Part shown: positions 12,501 to 23,572 of the stretch, in pieces
Numbering within the stretch: the stretch's first letter is position 1
Layout of the letters: each line of letters opens with the position of its first letter
Source: an uncultured Actinomycetes bacterium
Lineage (GTDB): Bacteria > Actinomycetota > Acidimicrobiia > Spongiisociales > DATADW01
Length of the DNA: 64,000 nucleotides
Reading direction: 5' to 3'
Assembly: GCA_963824995.1 (NCBI GenBank)
Contig: CAWGRK010000003.1
Coordinates: forward strand, 1-64,000
Position numbers and translations under genes: made by a program
The notes under the pieces: model-generated
Seen by the model: the letters and a program-made list of their open reading frames with translations, nothing else
Databases searched by the model: none
Told to the model about the DNA's origin: nothing

Positions 12501-15481
12501 ACCGGAGCGCAGGTAGTCGGCTTCGGAGAGCCGGTCGCTGCTGCGCCGCTCGAACAACTCGGTGAGCGAATACTGCAGCAAGGGGAGAGCACCGGGCTGG
12601 TCGGCGACGTCCCCGGCGATCCGCTCCGCCAGCCCCGGCTCCAAACCGACCGAGACGTTCTCCGCCGGTCGGGTGATCGCCTCGGCCAGCTGCTCGGGGC
12701 CGGGGGCGGCCACCATCACGGTGGAGGCGCCCAACAGGTCACCGAACTCGGGGTAGCGGAGAGGCCGGTCCAAGAAGTCGGCCCGCAAGGTGACCACCAC
12801 CGTCACCGGGGAACGTTCATCGCGGGACAAGGTGACCAGGTTGTCGAGGAAGCGGCGGCGGGTGTCCTCGTCGGGGGTGAGGGTGAACAGCTCCTCGAAC
12901 TGGTCGATCACCAACAGCAACCGGGACCCCGGGGGGAGGATCTCCCTGACGGAACGGAGCAGTCCCCGCTCGTCGGCGGCGAGGTCGTCGACCAGGCTGG
13001 GGGGGCGGCGCACCGCCACCCGCAACAATGCGGCGGCCAGCTCGTCGAAGGGGAAACTCCCCGGGTAGAGGTCGGTGACCAGCCAGTCCCCCCCGAGGGC
13101 ACCGCCCCGCAGCGCCGGGACCAGCCCGGCCCGGACCACCGACGACTTGCCGATCCCCGAGGGTCCCACCACCGCCACCAGCCGATCCGATGAGACCGCC
13201 GCCAACAGCTCGTCGACCACATCGGCCCGGCCGTAGAAGTCGGCGGCGTCGGACTCCTGGAAGGCCTGCAGGCCCTTGTACGGGTTGCGGGCCGCGGTGA
13301 GCGCCGCCTCCGCCATCTCCTCCGGTGCGGCGGGCCGGCCCAGCGCCGCCGAGAGCGCCTCCAAGAACCCCTCGGCGGTGTCGAAGCGATCGGCGGGGTC
13401 GTCCGCTCCGGCCCGGGCGATCACCTCGTCGACCGCAGCCGGGACCCCGGGGCGGAGGCTGCTCACCGCGGGGAGGTCGCCGTCCATCGGCGGCCGGGTC
13501 CCCGAGAGCAGCTCGAAGGTGAGCAGACCCAGGCTGTAGATGTCGGAGCGGGGAGAGAGCGGCTCGCCCCGCAGCTCCTCGGGTGCCAGGTAGGCGGGAG
13601 ACGAGCTCACCGGTGTCCGCTCGTTGTCCTCGGTGAGACGGGAGGCGATCCCGAAGTCGCCCAGATAGCCGTTGCCGTCCTCGTCCAACAGCACGTTGGC
13701 CGGCTTGACGTCACGGTGCACCACCCCGCGGCGATGGGCGTAGGACAAGGCGGCACCCACCTGCCCGATCAGCCTGCCGGCAGGCTCGGGGTTCCACGGT
13801 CCCCGGTCCAGCGCCTCGCGCAGCGACCCGCCCCGCAGCCAGCGGGTGACCAGATAGGCCCCGTCGGGGTCGCGCCAATAGTCGTAGAGCGGGACGATGT
13901 GGGGATGCTCCAACAGGGCGACCAGATGGGCCTCCGCCTCGAAACGGCGCACGAACTCGGCCCGGTTGACGAACTCGGGGCGGATCACCTTGACCGCCAC
14001 CTCCCGGCCCACCGACGGCTGATAGGCCCGGTAGACGATCCCGAAGTCGCCCGCCCCCACCCGCTCCCGCAGCTCATAACCCCGCACCGAGCGGACGCCA
14101 CCGGGCAGTGAGGCCGGCTGCCGATCGATCCGGAGAGGCCCGAAGGTGCCGGGCAGTCCCTCCGAGACCAGCTGGAAGACGTGCTCGGGGCGGCCCAACC
14201 CCTTGAAGCGGTGCTCCCCCAACGACCGCACCTGAAAACCACCCGACACGTCGCCGGCCAGGGCCAGATTCGCTTCCTCGGAGAGCAACACCTGACCACC
14301 GTGACCCGCCGCCATGATCCGGGAGCAGCGGTTCAACGGGGGACCGAAGAAGTCGGCGCCACGGCTCTCCACCTCACCGGTGTCGATCGCCATCCGCACC
14401 GACGAGACCCGTCTCTCCCCAGTCCGCCGCCGCCAGAGCCTCCTGGGCGCTCCGGGCCGCGGTCACCGCCTCCCCCACCGTGGCGAAAGCGGCGCACACC
14501 CCATCCCCCGCCTGGTTGAACACCCGGCCCCCCGCCTGCTCCACCGCCTCGGTGAGCAGCCGGTCGTGGCGGGCGAGCACCTCGGGCATCTCGGCGGGGT
14601 GAAGCTCCCAGAGCAACGTCGAGTCGACGATGTCGGTCATCAGGAACGACATCGTCTGCACCCGGGAGGCGCTCTCCGCCTCCAACCCCGGGTCGTGCTC
14701 CAAGATGCGCTGCTCCAACCCCTGCAGCTCGGGCGAGGGGTCGATCCCCATCTCCTCGGCCAGGAACAGCCGGGTCTTCTGATAGGCCCGCAACGCCTCG
14801 GTCTGGCGCCCCGCCCGATACAACGCCACCATCTGCTGGGCCCGGAAACGCTCCGAGAGCGGGAACTCGTCGGTCAACACCTCCAGCTCGGGCAACAGCT
14901 CGGCATGGCGACCCAGGGCCAGCTCGGCCTCCACCCGATCCTCCACCGCCCCCAACCGCAGCTGCTCCAAGCGGCGCGCCTCCGCCTCCAACCGCGCCGA
15001 CCCCGGCACGTCCGCATAGGGATGGCCCCGCCACAGCGCCAGGGCCTCGCCCAGCAGCTCCGCCGCCTCGGCCGGGCGGGACTCGAGGAGAGACCGGGCC
15101 TCGGCCACCGCGTCCTCGAAGCGGAAGGCGTCCACCTCGTCGCGGGCGCGCATCGAGCCGATAACCGCCCCCCTCGGTGACCAGCCGGTCACCCAGCTGG
15201 GCCCGCAGGTTGGAGACATGGGTCTGGAGGGTGCTCCGGGACCCGGCGGTGGCCTCCTCCCCCCACACCTCCTCCACCAGGGCGTCGGCCATCACCGTCC
15301 GCCCCGCCTCGGCAATGAGCACGGCGAGCACGGTGCGTGGTTTCGGACCCCCCAGACGGACCGTCTCATCCCCCATAGAGGCCCGGATTGGGCCTAGGAC
15401 CGCGAAGTCCACCCCGGAACCGTACTCCAGTGCGGTACCGGCCTGCCGGCCCGAATCCTGCTCCCAGTCCAAGGGCTCCAT
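9564..15481 (-). CDS. Giant signalling protein: SARP wHTH-BTAD + class III cyclase + Ser/Thr kinase + nSTAND1 NTPase + hydrophobic helix/coiled coil + WD40-like repeats; multiply frameshifted
   Basis: FAVLGP..LGGPKPRTVLAVL (wHTH); ALALWRG..PLSERFRAQQMVALYRAGRQTEAL (BTAD); TDIVDST..GDG..GPPLNRCSR (cyclase); HRDVKPAN/DFG/APE (kinase); NPYKGL..GPSGIGKSS..DQFEELFT (nSTAND1); FSPDG/WD repeats; ends RELTPDECRRYL. Confidence 0.85.
11768..11840. repeat. 21-bp tandem repeat encoding EQEAARA heptads
   Basis: ggcgcgggccgcttcctgctc repeated about 3.5 times. Confidence 0.8.
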
Positions 15482-15487
15482 CCAGCG

Positions 15488-15531
15488 AACGTATCGGGCG
15501 GCGCTCCAGAAGCACTCCAGATTCGCTCCGG
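15488..15531 (-). promoter_or_regulatory. SARP-type promoter: three TGGAG-core heptamers at 11-bp period, 9 nt upstream of -10 TACGTT
   Basis: Plus strand aacgta(15488-93)-N9-gctccag-N4-actccag-N4-gctccgg; ATG at 15481 is 6 nt past the -10. Confidence 0.7.
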
Positions 15532-15655
15532 TGTCGTTGCCCCGGCGGCACCCAGTGATATCAGGTCTCCGGCGACGGACGACGCGATCCGGGGTGGGCC
15601 GACCGCCGTGGTCGCTCCACCCCGGATGCTCGTCAGGGTCTCGGGATTGAAACCC

Positions 15656-17025
15656 CTACTTCACGGGGCGCAGAACGTGGGTCACGGTCCAATTGGCGAT
15701 CTTCTCGCCGTGGCGGTTCCCCGTCACCACCGCGTCCCGGAAGTGGAAGCCCACGTAGATTCGGGACACCGCGTTCTCGTTCTCCGCTTGCGAGAACCGG
15801 GTGAAATGACGGAGTGTGGGGGTCGGATCGCTGCAACGTCTCCCCCTCCGGCAGGGTGAAGCTGCATGCCGAGAACCGCATCTGGTCGGTATGGAAGAAC
15901 CGCCTCAGGACCTGTGCCCCGGCTCCTCCTTCGACGGCGTGCCCCGAGTCGTAGTCCGGAATGGCCGGGGTCTGCCGCAAGGGCGTCCACGTCGGGTCGG
16001 CGATGGTCGCTGGATTGCCGTCGATGTCGGCGAGACGAATCGCGGTCACCGGTCGCCAGAACCGATAGTGGTACTTCGTCTCGAACGTGCCGATGTAGCC
16101 GTCGGTCAAGGCCATGTTCAACAGCCCGAACAGTCGGGCGTTCTCCCAGAGATCGAGGCCTTCGGCGGTCGAGACCGTCCGGGCGATCCGGTTCCACTGC
16201 AGAGGCGAGCTCTCCACCCAGAACAGGGCGATCTCGGTCTGGTCGTCGGTACGAGCGCTCGGAGTCGTGACATCGTCGCCACCGAGGCGCTGCACTTCGT
16301 TGACGTCGGCGGCGTACGCGCGGCTGGTCAGTCGGAGCGGCGGACCCGGGCGGAACTGCGATCCGTCCCGCAGGGCGAAGGGGATGAGGTCCTCTCCCAG
16401 ATGCGGGGCGCCGGCGAATGGGGTGCCCGGTGTGTAGCGGTACTCCCCAGGGGCGGTGCCTTCCTGATAGTTCGGGTCGATCAGCGGCGTGTCGTATCCG
16501 TCATCCGCCCGCAACCTCAGAATCGCCTCTGCAGCACGCTGTCCCAGTTCGATGCCCCGCCTTTTCGGCATGCCGTTCGGGATGGCGTCCAGCGCAGCGG
16601 TGTAGTCCGCTTCCACGCTCGCCAACCCGGCGTCGATGCAGTCCTGGTCGAGGAAGAAGGATAAGGAGCCGAGGACCGGGACGAGCACATCACGCGCCGC
16701 CGCAGCCACCGCGGCATCGGCCGAGGTCCGGCGTACTACCCGAAGGTCCGCGGCATACGGGCGGGAGCGACGGTCTATCGCCGTTGAGCGCATCGTGGAT
16801 GGCCACGTGCATCATGGCGTACATGCGCGCTTCCTGCGGCCCGTAGCCGCCGATGAAACACGCCGCAACCGAGGCCTCTCCCGCATTCTCGCTCCAGGCG
16901 ACGACCGCGTCCGGATGATGGGAATCGCGACCGGTCGCCGAGGCGTACCCGGCGGCCCCGGCGGCCGGCCCGGTCGCGAGCACCAAGCTCACGACCACGA
17001 TTGAAAACAGCAACCGATGTCTCAT
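15656..17025 (-). CDS. Secreted vanadium-dependent haloperoxidase/PAP2-like protein, frameshifted
   Basis: Signal peptide; KYHYRFWRPVTAIR, PDYDSGH and SRIYVGFHF active-site motifs. Confidence 0.88.
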
Positions 17026-17156
17026 AAGAACCCCTTTCGGGACACGCCGTGCCCCTCGTTTCTCGGCTCACCAAGGAGGTGTTGCCTCCTCGATGTGGTG
17101 GCGGAGGTCAATCACACCTCCCCTGCTGCCCGGGTCCAATGCCCGGCATGTTGGGC

Positions 17157-17189
17157 AACGTATCGAGGGGCGCTCCAAATCGGCTCCAA
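17157..17189 (-). promoter_or_regulatory. SARP-type promoter of the haloperoxidase gene, same architecture as 15488-15531
   Basis: aacgta(17157-62)-N9-gctccaa-N4-gctccaa. Confidence 0.7.
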
Positions 17190-17277
17190 CCCCGCGGAAA
17201 GCCGGTGATAGGGCGTCGTAGGTGCGAATCGCCCGCGCCGGCGGTCGAGCCGCCCCCCATCACTACCATCCCCCGCC

Positions 17278-18288
17278 GTGACGACCACCGAGCCATCGCT
17301 CCAGGACCTGGTCCCCATCGACGGTGTTTGGGATCGACTAGAACGCGTTGAGGAGCGGCTGTTCGAAGCTTCCGTATCCGACGATGGCTTCCTCACCAAG
17401 GTTGCCCAGCATCTGCTCCAGGCTGGAGGGAAGCGCTTCCGACCCCTGCTTGCTCTGCTGGCATCCGAGTTTGGGCCCGCTGACGATGATCGTCCGGTGG
17501 AGGCCGGGGTCGCCGTGGAGCTGATCCACGTCGGGAGCCTCTACCACGACGACGTGATCGACGAGGCGGACACCCGCCGCGGGGCGGCATCCGTCAACTC
17601 CAACTGGACCAACACGGTGGCGATCCTGGCGGGCGACTTTCTCATGGCGCGCGCCTCGGAGGTGGCGGCGACACGGCTCGGCCAGGAATCGGTCCGATTG
17701 CTCGCCCGCACATACGCTGAATTGGTGGAGGGCCAGACCAGAGAGCTTCAACTGGTCGGCGATCTGGATCACACGGTCGAGGAGTATTACCGGGTGATCG
17801 GGGGCAAGACCGCCAGCCTGATCCGGACCTCGGCCCGTCTGGGGGCGATGGCGTCTGATGCCACTGCAGAGTCCGTCGAGGCGGTGAGCACATGGGCCTG
17901 GGAGCTCGGGCTCGTGTTCCAGATGACCGACGACGCCCTCGACCTGGTGGGGACCGAGGAAGCCATCGGGAAGCCCGCGGGGTCCGACATCAGGGAGGGC
18001 ACCTTCACACTCCCTGTCCTCCTCGCACGCGACGCACCAAACGGCACCGAGGTTCGCCGGCTTCTCTCCCAACCGCGCCCCTACCCCGACGCGGTGGTCG
18101 AGGAGGTGATCTCCCTGGTGCGAGGCGCTGGCTCCGTCGACCGGGTGCTCGACGAGGCGCTCCGTCGCTCGACGATGGCCACCGAGGCGACGGCGACTCT
18201 CGCCGCCGGGATGGCTCGCGATGTCCTCACCACCATGGGGACTTACCTGGTGGAGCGGGTCGAGGCGGTCAGGGAGTCGGCCGCCTAG
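17278..18288 (+). CDS. Polyprenyl diphosphate synthase
   Basis: GGKRFRP, HDDVID..RRG, FQMTDD motifs. Confidence 0.95.
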   Translation: MTTTEPSLQDLVPIDGVWDRLERVEERLFEASVSDDGFLTKVAQHLLQAGGKRFRPLLALLASEFGPADDDRPVEAGVAVELIHVGSLYHDDVIDEADTRRGAASVNSNWTNTVAILAGDFLMARASEVAATRLGQESVRLLARTYAELVEGQTRELQLVGDLDHTVEEYYRVIGGKTASLIRTSARLGAMASDATAESVEAVSTWAWELGLVFQMTDDALDLVGTEEAIGKPAGSDIREGTFTLPVLLARDAPNGTEVRRLLSQPRPYPDAVVEEVISLVRGAGSVDRVLDEALRRSTMATEATATLAAGMARDVLTTMGTYLVERVEAVRESAA

Positions 18289-18332
18289 AGGACGGACCGG
18301 TTTGGTGAGATCCTCCCCCTGGGCGGGCCAAA

Positions 18333-19604
18333 TCACCGCAACGAGGGCTCGGGTTGCACATCCCCGGTCGACGCGAGATTGCTTCCCCGCTCCGCCCAAT
18401 AGACCAGGCCCATGGCCACGACCCCGCACGCCAGGAAACCGATCGAGATCGGGATGATCGTCCCGTCGAAGGACCGGTCGATCAACAAGCCGATGGCGGC
18501 GCCACCGGCAGTGGACAATGTCCCTATCACCGCCGAGGCGGTCCCGGCAACTGCCGCCATCGGATCCATGGCCAGAGTGTTGAGATTCGGTATGAGGAGC
18601 GAGTGCCCAGCCAGGAGAAGAGCGAGTACCGGCGCGAATGCCCAGAAGGGGGGATGGCCGCCGCTGGCCACTGCCATCACCACGGTCAGCGCGGCCACAG
18701 CGACGTACACGGGTAAGACCATCCTCACCAGCCGACCCACCCCCACCCGGCCGACCACGTGGGCGTTGACCAGCATCGCCGCCCCCAGCACGACGGCGAA
18801 GCCCCCGAAAACGAGCGGAAACTGCTCCCCCATGCCGAAAACGTCGGCGACGATGATCTCGCTGCTCGCCAGGTACGAGGTGAACACACCGAACAGAGCG
18901 GTGATGGCCAGGGTGGTGGCGAGGGTCTGCCGATTGCCCAACACGGCGCGGGCTCCCTGGAGAAGAGATGAAAGGCGCAGGTCACGCCGGAACTCCGGCC
19001 GCAGCGTCTCGGGGAGGCGGAGAGACCACAGGGCGACCGCCAGAGCGGCGATCACACAGAAGCCGAACACCCAGCGCCAATCGGCCACACCCACGATCAT
19101 CGCCCCGAGGCTCGGTGCCACCACCGGGACGGCGATGAAGACGGTCATGATCAAGGACATGGCCCTCGCCATTCGGGCACCGGAGAAGGTGTCCCGCACC
19201 ACCGCCAAGGTGATGACCCGAGGCCCCGCCGTTCCGATCCCCCATACGAACCGGGCGGCGTAAAGAGCACCGAGGCTTGGAGCGAGGGCTGCGGCTGCGG
19301 CACCGATCACGTAGATGGCGAACCCGAAGTAGAGCACCGGTTTGCGCCCGAAGCGGTCGGCGAGCGGTCCGTAGAAGAGTTGGGCGACGGCCAACCCGAG
19401 CAGATAGGCGGTGACGATCCCCGCTACCGCGGTGGAGTCGGCCTGAAGGCCGAAGTCGGACCTGATCGCCCCGAAGGCGGGGAGCATGAGGTCGATGCCA
19501 AGTGCTGCCAGCGCCATGATCATGGCGAGCAGCGAGGTGAACTCGATCCGCCCCAAGGATCTCAGCGCGGGAGGTGACTGCTCCGACCGGATCACCATTC
19601 GCAT
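18333..19604 (-). CDS. Bcr/CflA family multidrug efflux MFS transporter
   Basis: IDLMLPA, GPLADRFGRKP, about 12 hydrophobic segments. Confidence 0.92.
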   Translation of the reverse strand: MRMVIRSEQSPPALRSLGRIEFTSLLAMIMALAALGIDLMLPAFGAIRSDFGLQADSTAVAGIVTAYLLGLAVAQLFYGPLADRFGRKPVLYFGFAIYVIGAAAAALAPSLGALYAARFVWGIGTAGPRVITLAVVRDTFSGARMARAMSLIMTVFIAVPVVAPSLGAMIVGVADWRWVFGFCVIAALAVALWSLRLPETLRPEFRRDLRLSSLLQGARAVLGNRQTLATTLAITALFGVFTSYLASSEIIVADVFGMGEQFPLVFGGFAVVLGAAMLVNAHVVGRVGVGRLVRMVLPVYVAVAALTVVMAVASGGHPPFWAFAPVLALLLAGHSLLIPNLNTLAMDPMAAVAGTASAVIGTLSTAGGAAIGLLIDRSFDGTIIPISIGFLACGVVAMGLVYWAERGSNLASTGDVQPEPSLR

Positions 19605-19641
19605 CGTAGGGGCCGGTCGAGTCCGACCGACCCCCCGAGGA

Positions 19642-20889
19642 TCATCGGCGAGGGGTCTGGCCTCGCCTCGCCCGGCGGCGGTTGTGATAGGTGCCTCTGC
19701 CGCGGACGTCACCGACCGTCTCCGGCCGGGTCCTCGCCTGGGGCGAGGCGCCGACACGCAGCCCCCCGTTTCCGAGTTCGGTGGCGATGGGATGCCGCAG
19801 CGGCCCCACCAGTCCCAGTTCACTTTGGATGCGGCCGACCGCTCGAGCCTGATCGCCGGAGACCATCGACACGACCACACCCGACGCTCCGGCTCGGGCC
19901 GTGCGGCCTGACCTGTGGAGGTATGTCTTGGCGTCCAGGGGTGGGTCGAAGTGGATCACGCAGGCGACACCCTCCACGTGGATACCACGGGCAGCGACAT
20001 CGGTAGCAACCAGAACCTGGCTTCGGCCCGTGGAGAACGCGTTCAGGGCACGGTTGCGCTGGCTCTGCGATCGCCCTCCGTGGATGGCCACCGCCTCGAC
20101 TCCCAGCCGGGCGAGCTGCCTGGCCACCTTGTCCGCACCGTGGCGGGTCCTGGTGAAGACGATGGCGGAGCCGGTTGCAGCTACTGCGGCTGCGGTGTGC
20201 TCCAAGCGCTCATCGGGGGCCGCTCGCCAGAAGAAGTGCCTGGCGTCGATTCCTTCGGGTTCGGCGGTACCTGCTTCGTGACGAACCGGGTCCCGCTGGT
20301 AGCGACGGGTCAATTGGGCAATCTCTCCATCGAGCGTCGCCGAGAACAACATCGTCTGGCGGTCGGACGGCGTCTGGTCGAGCAATCGCTTCACCTCGGG
20401 GAGGAAACCCATGTCCGCCATCCGGTCGGCCTCGTCCACCACCACCGTCTCGACCTGGTCGAGCCGGACCCAACCCCGGTCGATCAGATCTGTCAAACGT
20501 CCCGGGCATGCGACGAGAACATCAACTCCCCTGTTCAACTCCTTGCGCTGCCTCTCGTAGGAGACACCCCCGTAGATGGTGCCCACCCAGCGCTGTCTTG
20601 CCTTCGCAAAAGGCGCTAGATCGTTGCGAATCTGCTCGGCAAGCTCACGGGTGGGAGCTAGCACCAGGGCTCGTGGGCGCCCGGGTCTGGCTTTGGCCAC
20701 GGTGGCGATGATCGGCAGCCCAAAGGCGAGGGTCTTGCCCGAACCGGTGGGAGCGCCGCCGCAGACATCCCGGCCGGCGATGGCGTCGGGGATGGTGGCC
20801 GCCTGGATTGGGAACGGGTCGGTGATCCCGGCCCGGTCGAGTATGCCGACGAGGTCGGCGGGCACGCCGAGTTCGGCGAAGGTTGACAT
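19642..20889 (-). CDS. DEAD/DEAH-box RNA helicase
   Basis: APTGSGKT, PTRELA, DEAD, SAT, HRSGRTAR. Confidence 0.95.
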   Translation of the reverse strand: MSTFAELGVPADLVGILDRAGITDPFPIQAATIPDAIAGRDVCGGAPTGSGKTLAFGLPIIATVAKARPGRPRALVLAPTRELAEQIRNDLAPFAKARQRWVGTIYGGVSYERQRKELNRGVDVLVACPGRLTDLIDRGWVRLDQVETVVVDEADRMADMGFLPEVKRLLDQTPSDRQTMLFSATLDGEIAQLTRRYQRDPVRHEAGTAEPEGIDARHFFWRAAPDERLEHTAAAVAATGSAIVFTRTRHGADKVARQLARLGVEAVAIHGGRSQSQRNRALNAFSTGRSQVLVATDVAARGIHVEGVACVIHFDPPLDAKTYLHRSGRTARAGASGVVVSMVSGDQARAVGRIQSELGLVGPLRHPIATELGNGGLRVGASPQARTRPETVGDVRGRGTYHNRRRARRGQTPRR

Positions 20890-21060
20890 GGAAATCGTTT
20901 GCTCCTGGACAGTGGGTTGCTCGCTCGAGCGTCGCCACAGCAGTGCAACGAAATCGAGAGATCGGTCGAGGCGACCGTTCTGAATCCGCCACGGGAGCGC
21001 GTAGATGCGCTGCCTCGAACCGCTGGCGGTGAGGAGAGCTTACCAGATGGGAGATCGTGC

Positions 21061-21642
21061 TCAGGCGCGGTTCGCCGGGCGGCCCTCCTCGCGGAGCCGT
21101 ACGGGACCGGCACCCTCGGGTCGCAAGCCCCGTTTGTCGGAATAGAAGGCGCGAATGAGATCCATGTCGGACGAGAGGTCACCGCTCGGCTGGATGGCGG
21201 GGCCGACGCCAGCTCGACGCGACGGATAGTCGGCAAAGCCGAGCACCATCGGGACGTCGGCTGCCTCGGCGATCCGATAGAAGCCCGACTTCCAGTAGGG
21301 AACAGCCGCCCTGGTCCCTTCGGGCGTGATGAGCAGCGTCATCGGACCGGGTGCTTCACGGATCTCAGCGGCAACCTGATCAACCACTCGGAAGCTGGCG
21401 TCGCGCCGAACCGGGATGCCCCCCAGCCGCCGCATCAGCCATCCGAGCGGCCAGCGAAACAGCCCGTGCTTGGCGATGAAGCGGGGCCTGATCCCCAGGG
21501 TATGGGCCGCGCCAAGGAAGACTATGAAATCCCAGTTGGAGGTGTGAGGGGCGGCTGGGATCACCACCTTTGGGTCGGGGGGCATGGTGCCCTCGAAGGT
21601 CCACCCCCGGAAGCGGAGCAGGGCGCTGAGAAGCCGTCTCAT
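21061..21642 (-). CDS. Lysophospholipid/1-acyl-sn-glycerol-3-phosphate acyltransferase
   Basis: PHTSNWD and TPEGTR motifs. Confidence 0.92.
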   Translation of the reverse strand: MRRLLSALLRFRGWTFEGTMPPDPKVVIPAAPHTSNWDFIVFLGAAHTLGIRPRFIAKHGLFRWPLGWLMRRLGGIPVRRDASFRVVDQVAAEIREAPGPMTLLITPEGTRAAVPYWKSGFYRIAEAADVPMVLGFADYPSRRAGVGPAIQPSGDLSSDMDLIRAFYSDKRGLRPEGAGPVRLREEGRPANRA

Positions 21643-21748
21643 CGCCGCCTATGGTGCCAGGTCTTGTTTTGGGGCACACCTCGGCTCGGACCGCCACCAA
21701 GAATGTCACACCCCGGTCGTACCCTCCGTTGCGGAGGTGAGTGACTGG

Positions 21749-23028
21749 ATGGATGCGGCAATAAAATTGGATCACTCGGTATTGGCTGTGGAGTCGGAGC
21801 ACACGCTCCACGCCATGGTGGAGTTGCGGGCCCCTGAGGCACCGACGGGCGACCGGCCACCGCTGCGACTCGCTCTGGTGATCGACCGTTCCGGGTCGAT
21901 GGCAGGCGAGAAGCTCGAGACGGTGAAGCGGAGTGCGACGTTCCTCCACGACCGGCTGGGTAACGACGACTCGCTGGCGGTGGTTGCCTTCGACGACCAA
22001 GTGCGTCTTGTGACCTCGCTCGGACCCCCACGGCCGGAAGTGCGGGCGGCTCTGGAGCAGATCGACGCCGGCGGGCAGACCAACCTCTCCGGCGGCTGGC
22101 TGAAGGGGGTGGAGGAGCTGCGACGCGGCTCCGATGGGGTCAGGAGAGTGGTGCTATTGACCGACGGGCTGGCCAATGTAGGGATCAGCGATCCCGAGCG
22201 GTTGGCGGCCACGGCGCGTAGCGCCGCCGAGCTCGGGGTGACCACGACGACCATCGGCTACGGCGATGGGTTCCAGGAGGAACTTCTCACCGCCATGGCC
22301 GACGCCGGACGTGGTCGTGCCTACTACGCCGACGGGCCGGATGAGGCGCCGGGGATCTTCGCCGAGGAGTTCGAGGGTCTGGCCGCGATCCAGGCGCAGA
22401 ACCTGTCGATCGAGATACGTCCGGCCCCCGAGGTCGAGAGCGTGTCTTTGATCAGCGACGTCCCGCCGGTCGCGGTCGATGGAGGGATCCAGGTCGAGTT
22501 GGGTGACATCTACGGAGGGGAACTGCGAAGGCTCGTATTTCGACTCCACGTCCCCGCCATTGCCGAACTCGGTCCCAGGGTGCTCGGCGAAGTCGTCATC
22601 CGTTGGGCATCGATCGGCGCCAAGAGCGTCGAGATGGTCCAGAAGACCGTGCCCATCGGGGTGAATCTGGTCACGTCTGCCGAAGCCGGAGAGGTCGATC
22701 CCGACCTCGAGGTGGTAGAGGAGGTGACCGTGCTCTCTGCCGTCCGGGCGCGTCCGCGAAGCGCGGAGGCTTGCCGACAGCGGAGATGTCCAGGGGGCGT
22801 CGGTCCTCCTGCGCGACAGCGCCGACCACCTGCGGGCCATGGCCCCGAGTTCGCCGCGTTCCGCCGAGTTGCTCGACGACGCCGCCGATCTCGAGGGCAG
22901 CGCCGCAGCCATGGCCGTCTCTTATGATTCCCGCGCCAGCAAGCATCTCCACTACGGGGCTCGGGCCCGGGAGAGGTCGATGACGTCACGACGTAGCCGC
23001 CCAGGCGACACCCGATGGGGAGCGGTGA
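21749..23028 (+). CDS. von Willebrand factor A (VWA) domain protein, frameshift near 22750
   Basis: MIDAS DRSGSM, GGQTNL, LTDGLAN; C-terminus continues in ORF 22839. Confidence 0.85.
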
Positions 23029-23561
23029 GCACCGGCACGGCCCAATCGCCCACTGATCGCTCCTATTGGGTGGTCGAAGACCGGCTCCTGGCCGGGGCTT
23101 ACCCCTTCCATGTCAACGAGGAGCAAGCAATCCAACTGATTGGGGACCTGCTCAGGGCCGGCGTGAATGCAGTCGTAGACCTGCACCCACCCCTCTACCG
23201 ACAGTCACCTGAAGCCCTATAAAGACGAACTCGAGCGCCTGGCACCGAATTCGGTGATTGTTCGGCACCCCATCGTCGACATGAGTGTCCCGACAAGAGA
23301 CGCGATGGTCTCAGCGCTCGATGCCATCGACGATCTGCTCGACAAGGACCGCAATGTCTACGTCCACTGCTGGGGCGGGCTCGGCCGCACCGGAACCGTC
23401 GTGGGGGCCTGGTTGATCCGTCACGGCGTCGCGTCACCGGAGCGGGCGCTCGAGCTCCTCACCGAGCTGCGGGTGTCCGACCGCGGTGCCGGGTACCGGG
23501 ACGCACCCCGAAACGCACGAACAGCGCTGCTTTCGTGCGCCACTGGAAACCGGGCGAGTAG
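23025..23561 (+). CDS. Dual-specificity/tyrosine phosphatase family protein, frameshifted
   Basis: SYWVV..LLAGAYP, HPIVD, catalytic HCWGGLGRTG; ends FVRHWKPGE*. Confidence 0.85.
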
Positions 23562-23572
23562 GAGCCACGCCG

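Noticed and set aside
18333..19880. 515-aa MFS transporter overlapping the helicase
   Set aside because: The N-terminal extension overlaps the helicase 3' end; the likely start is near 19604.
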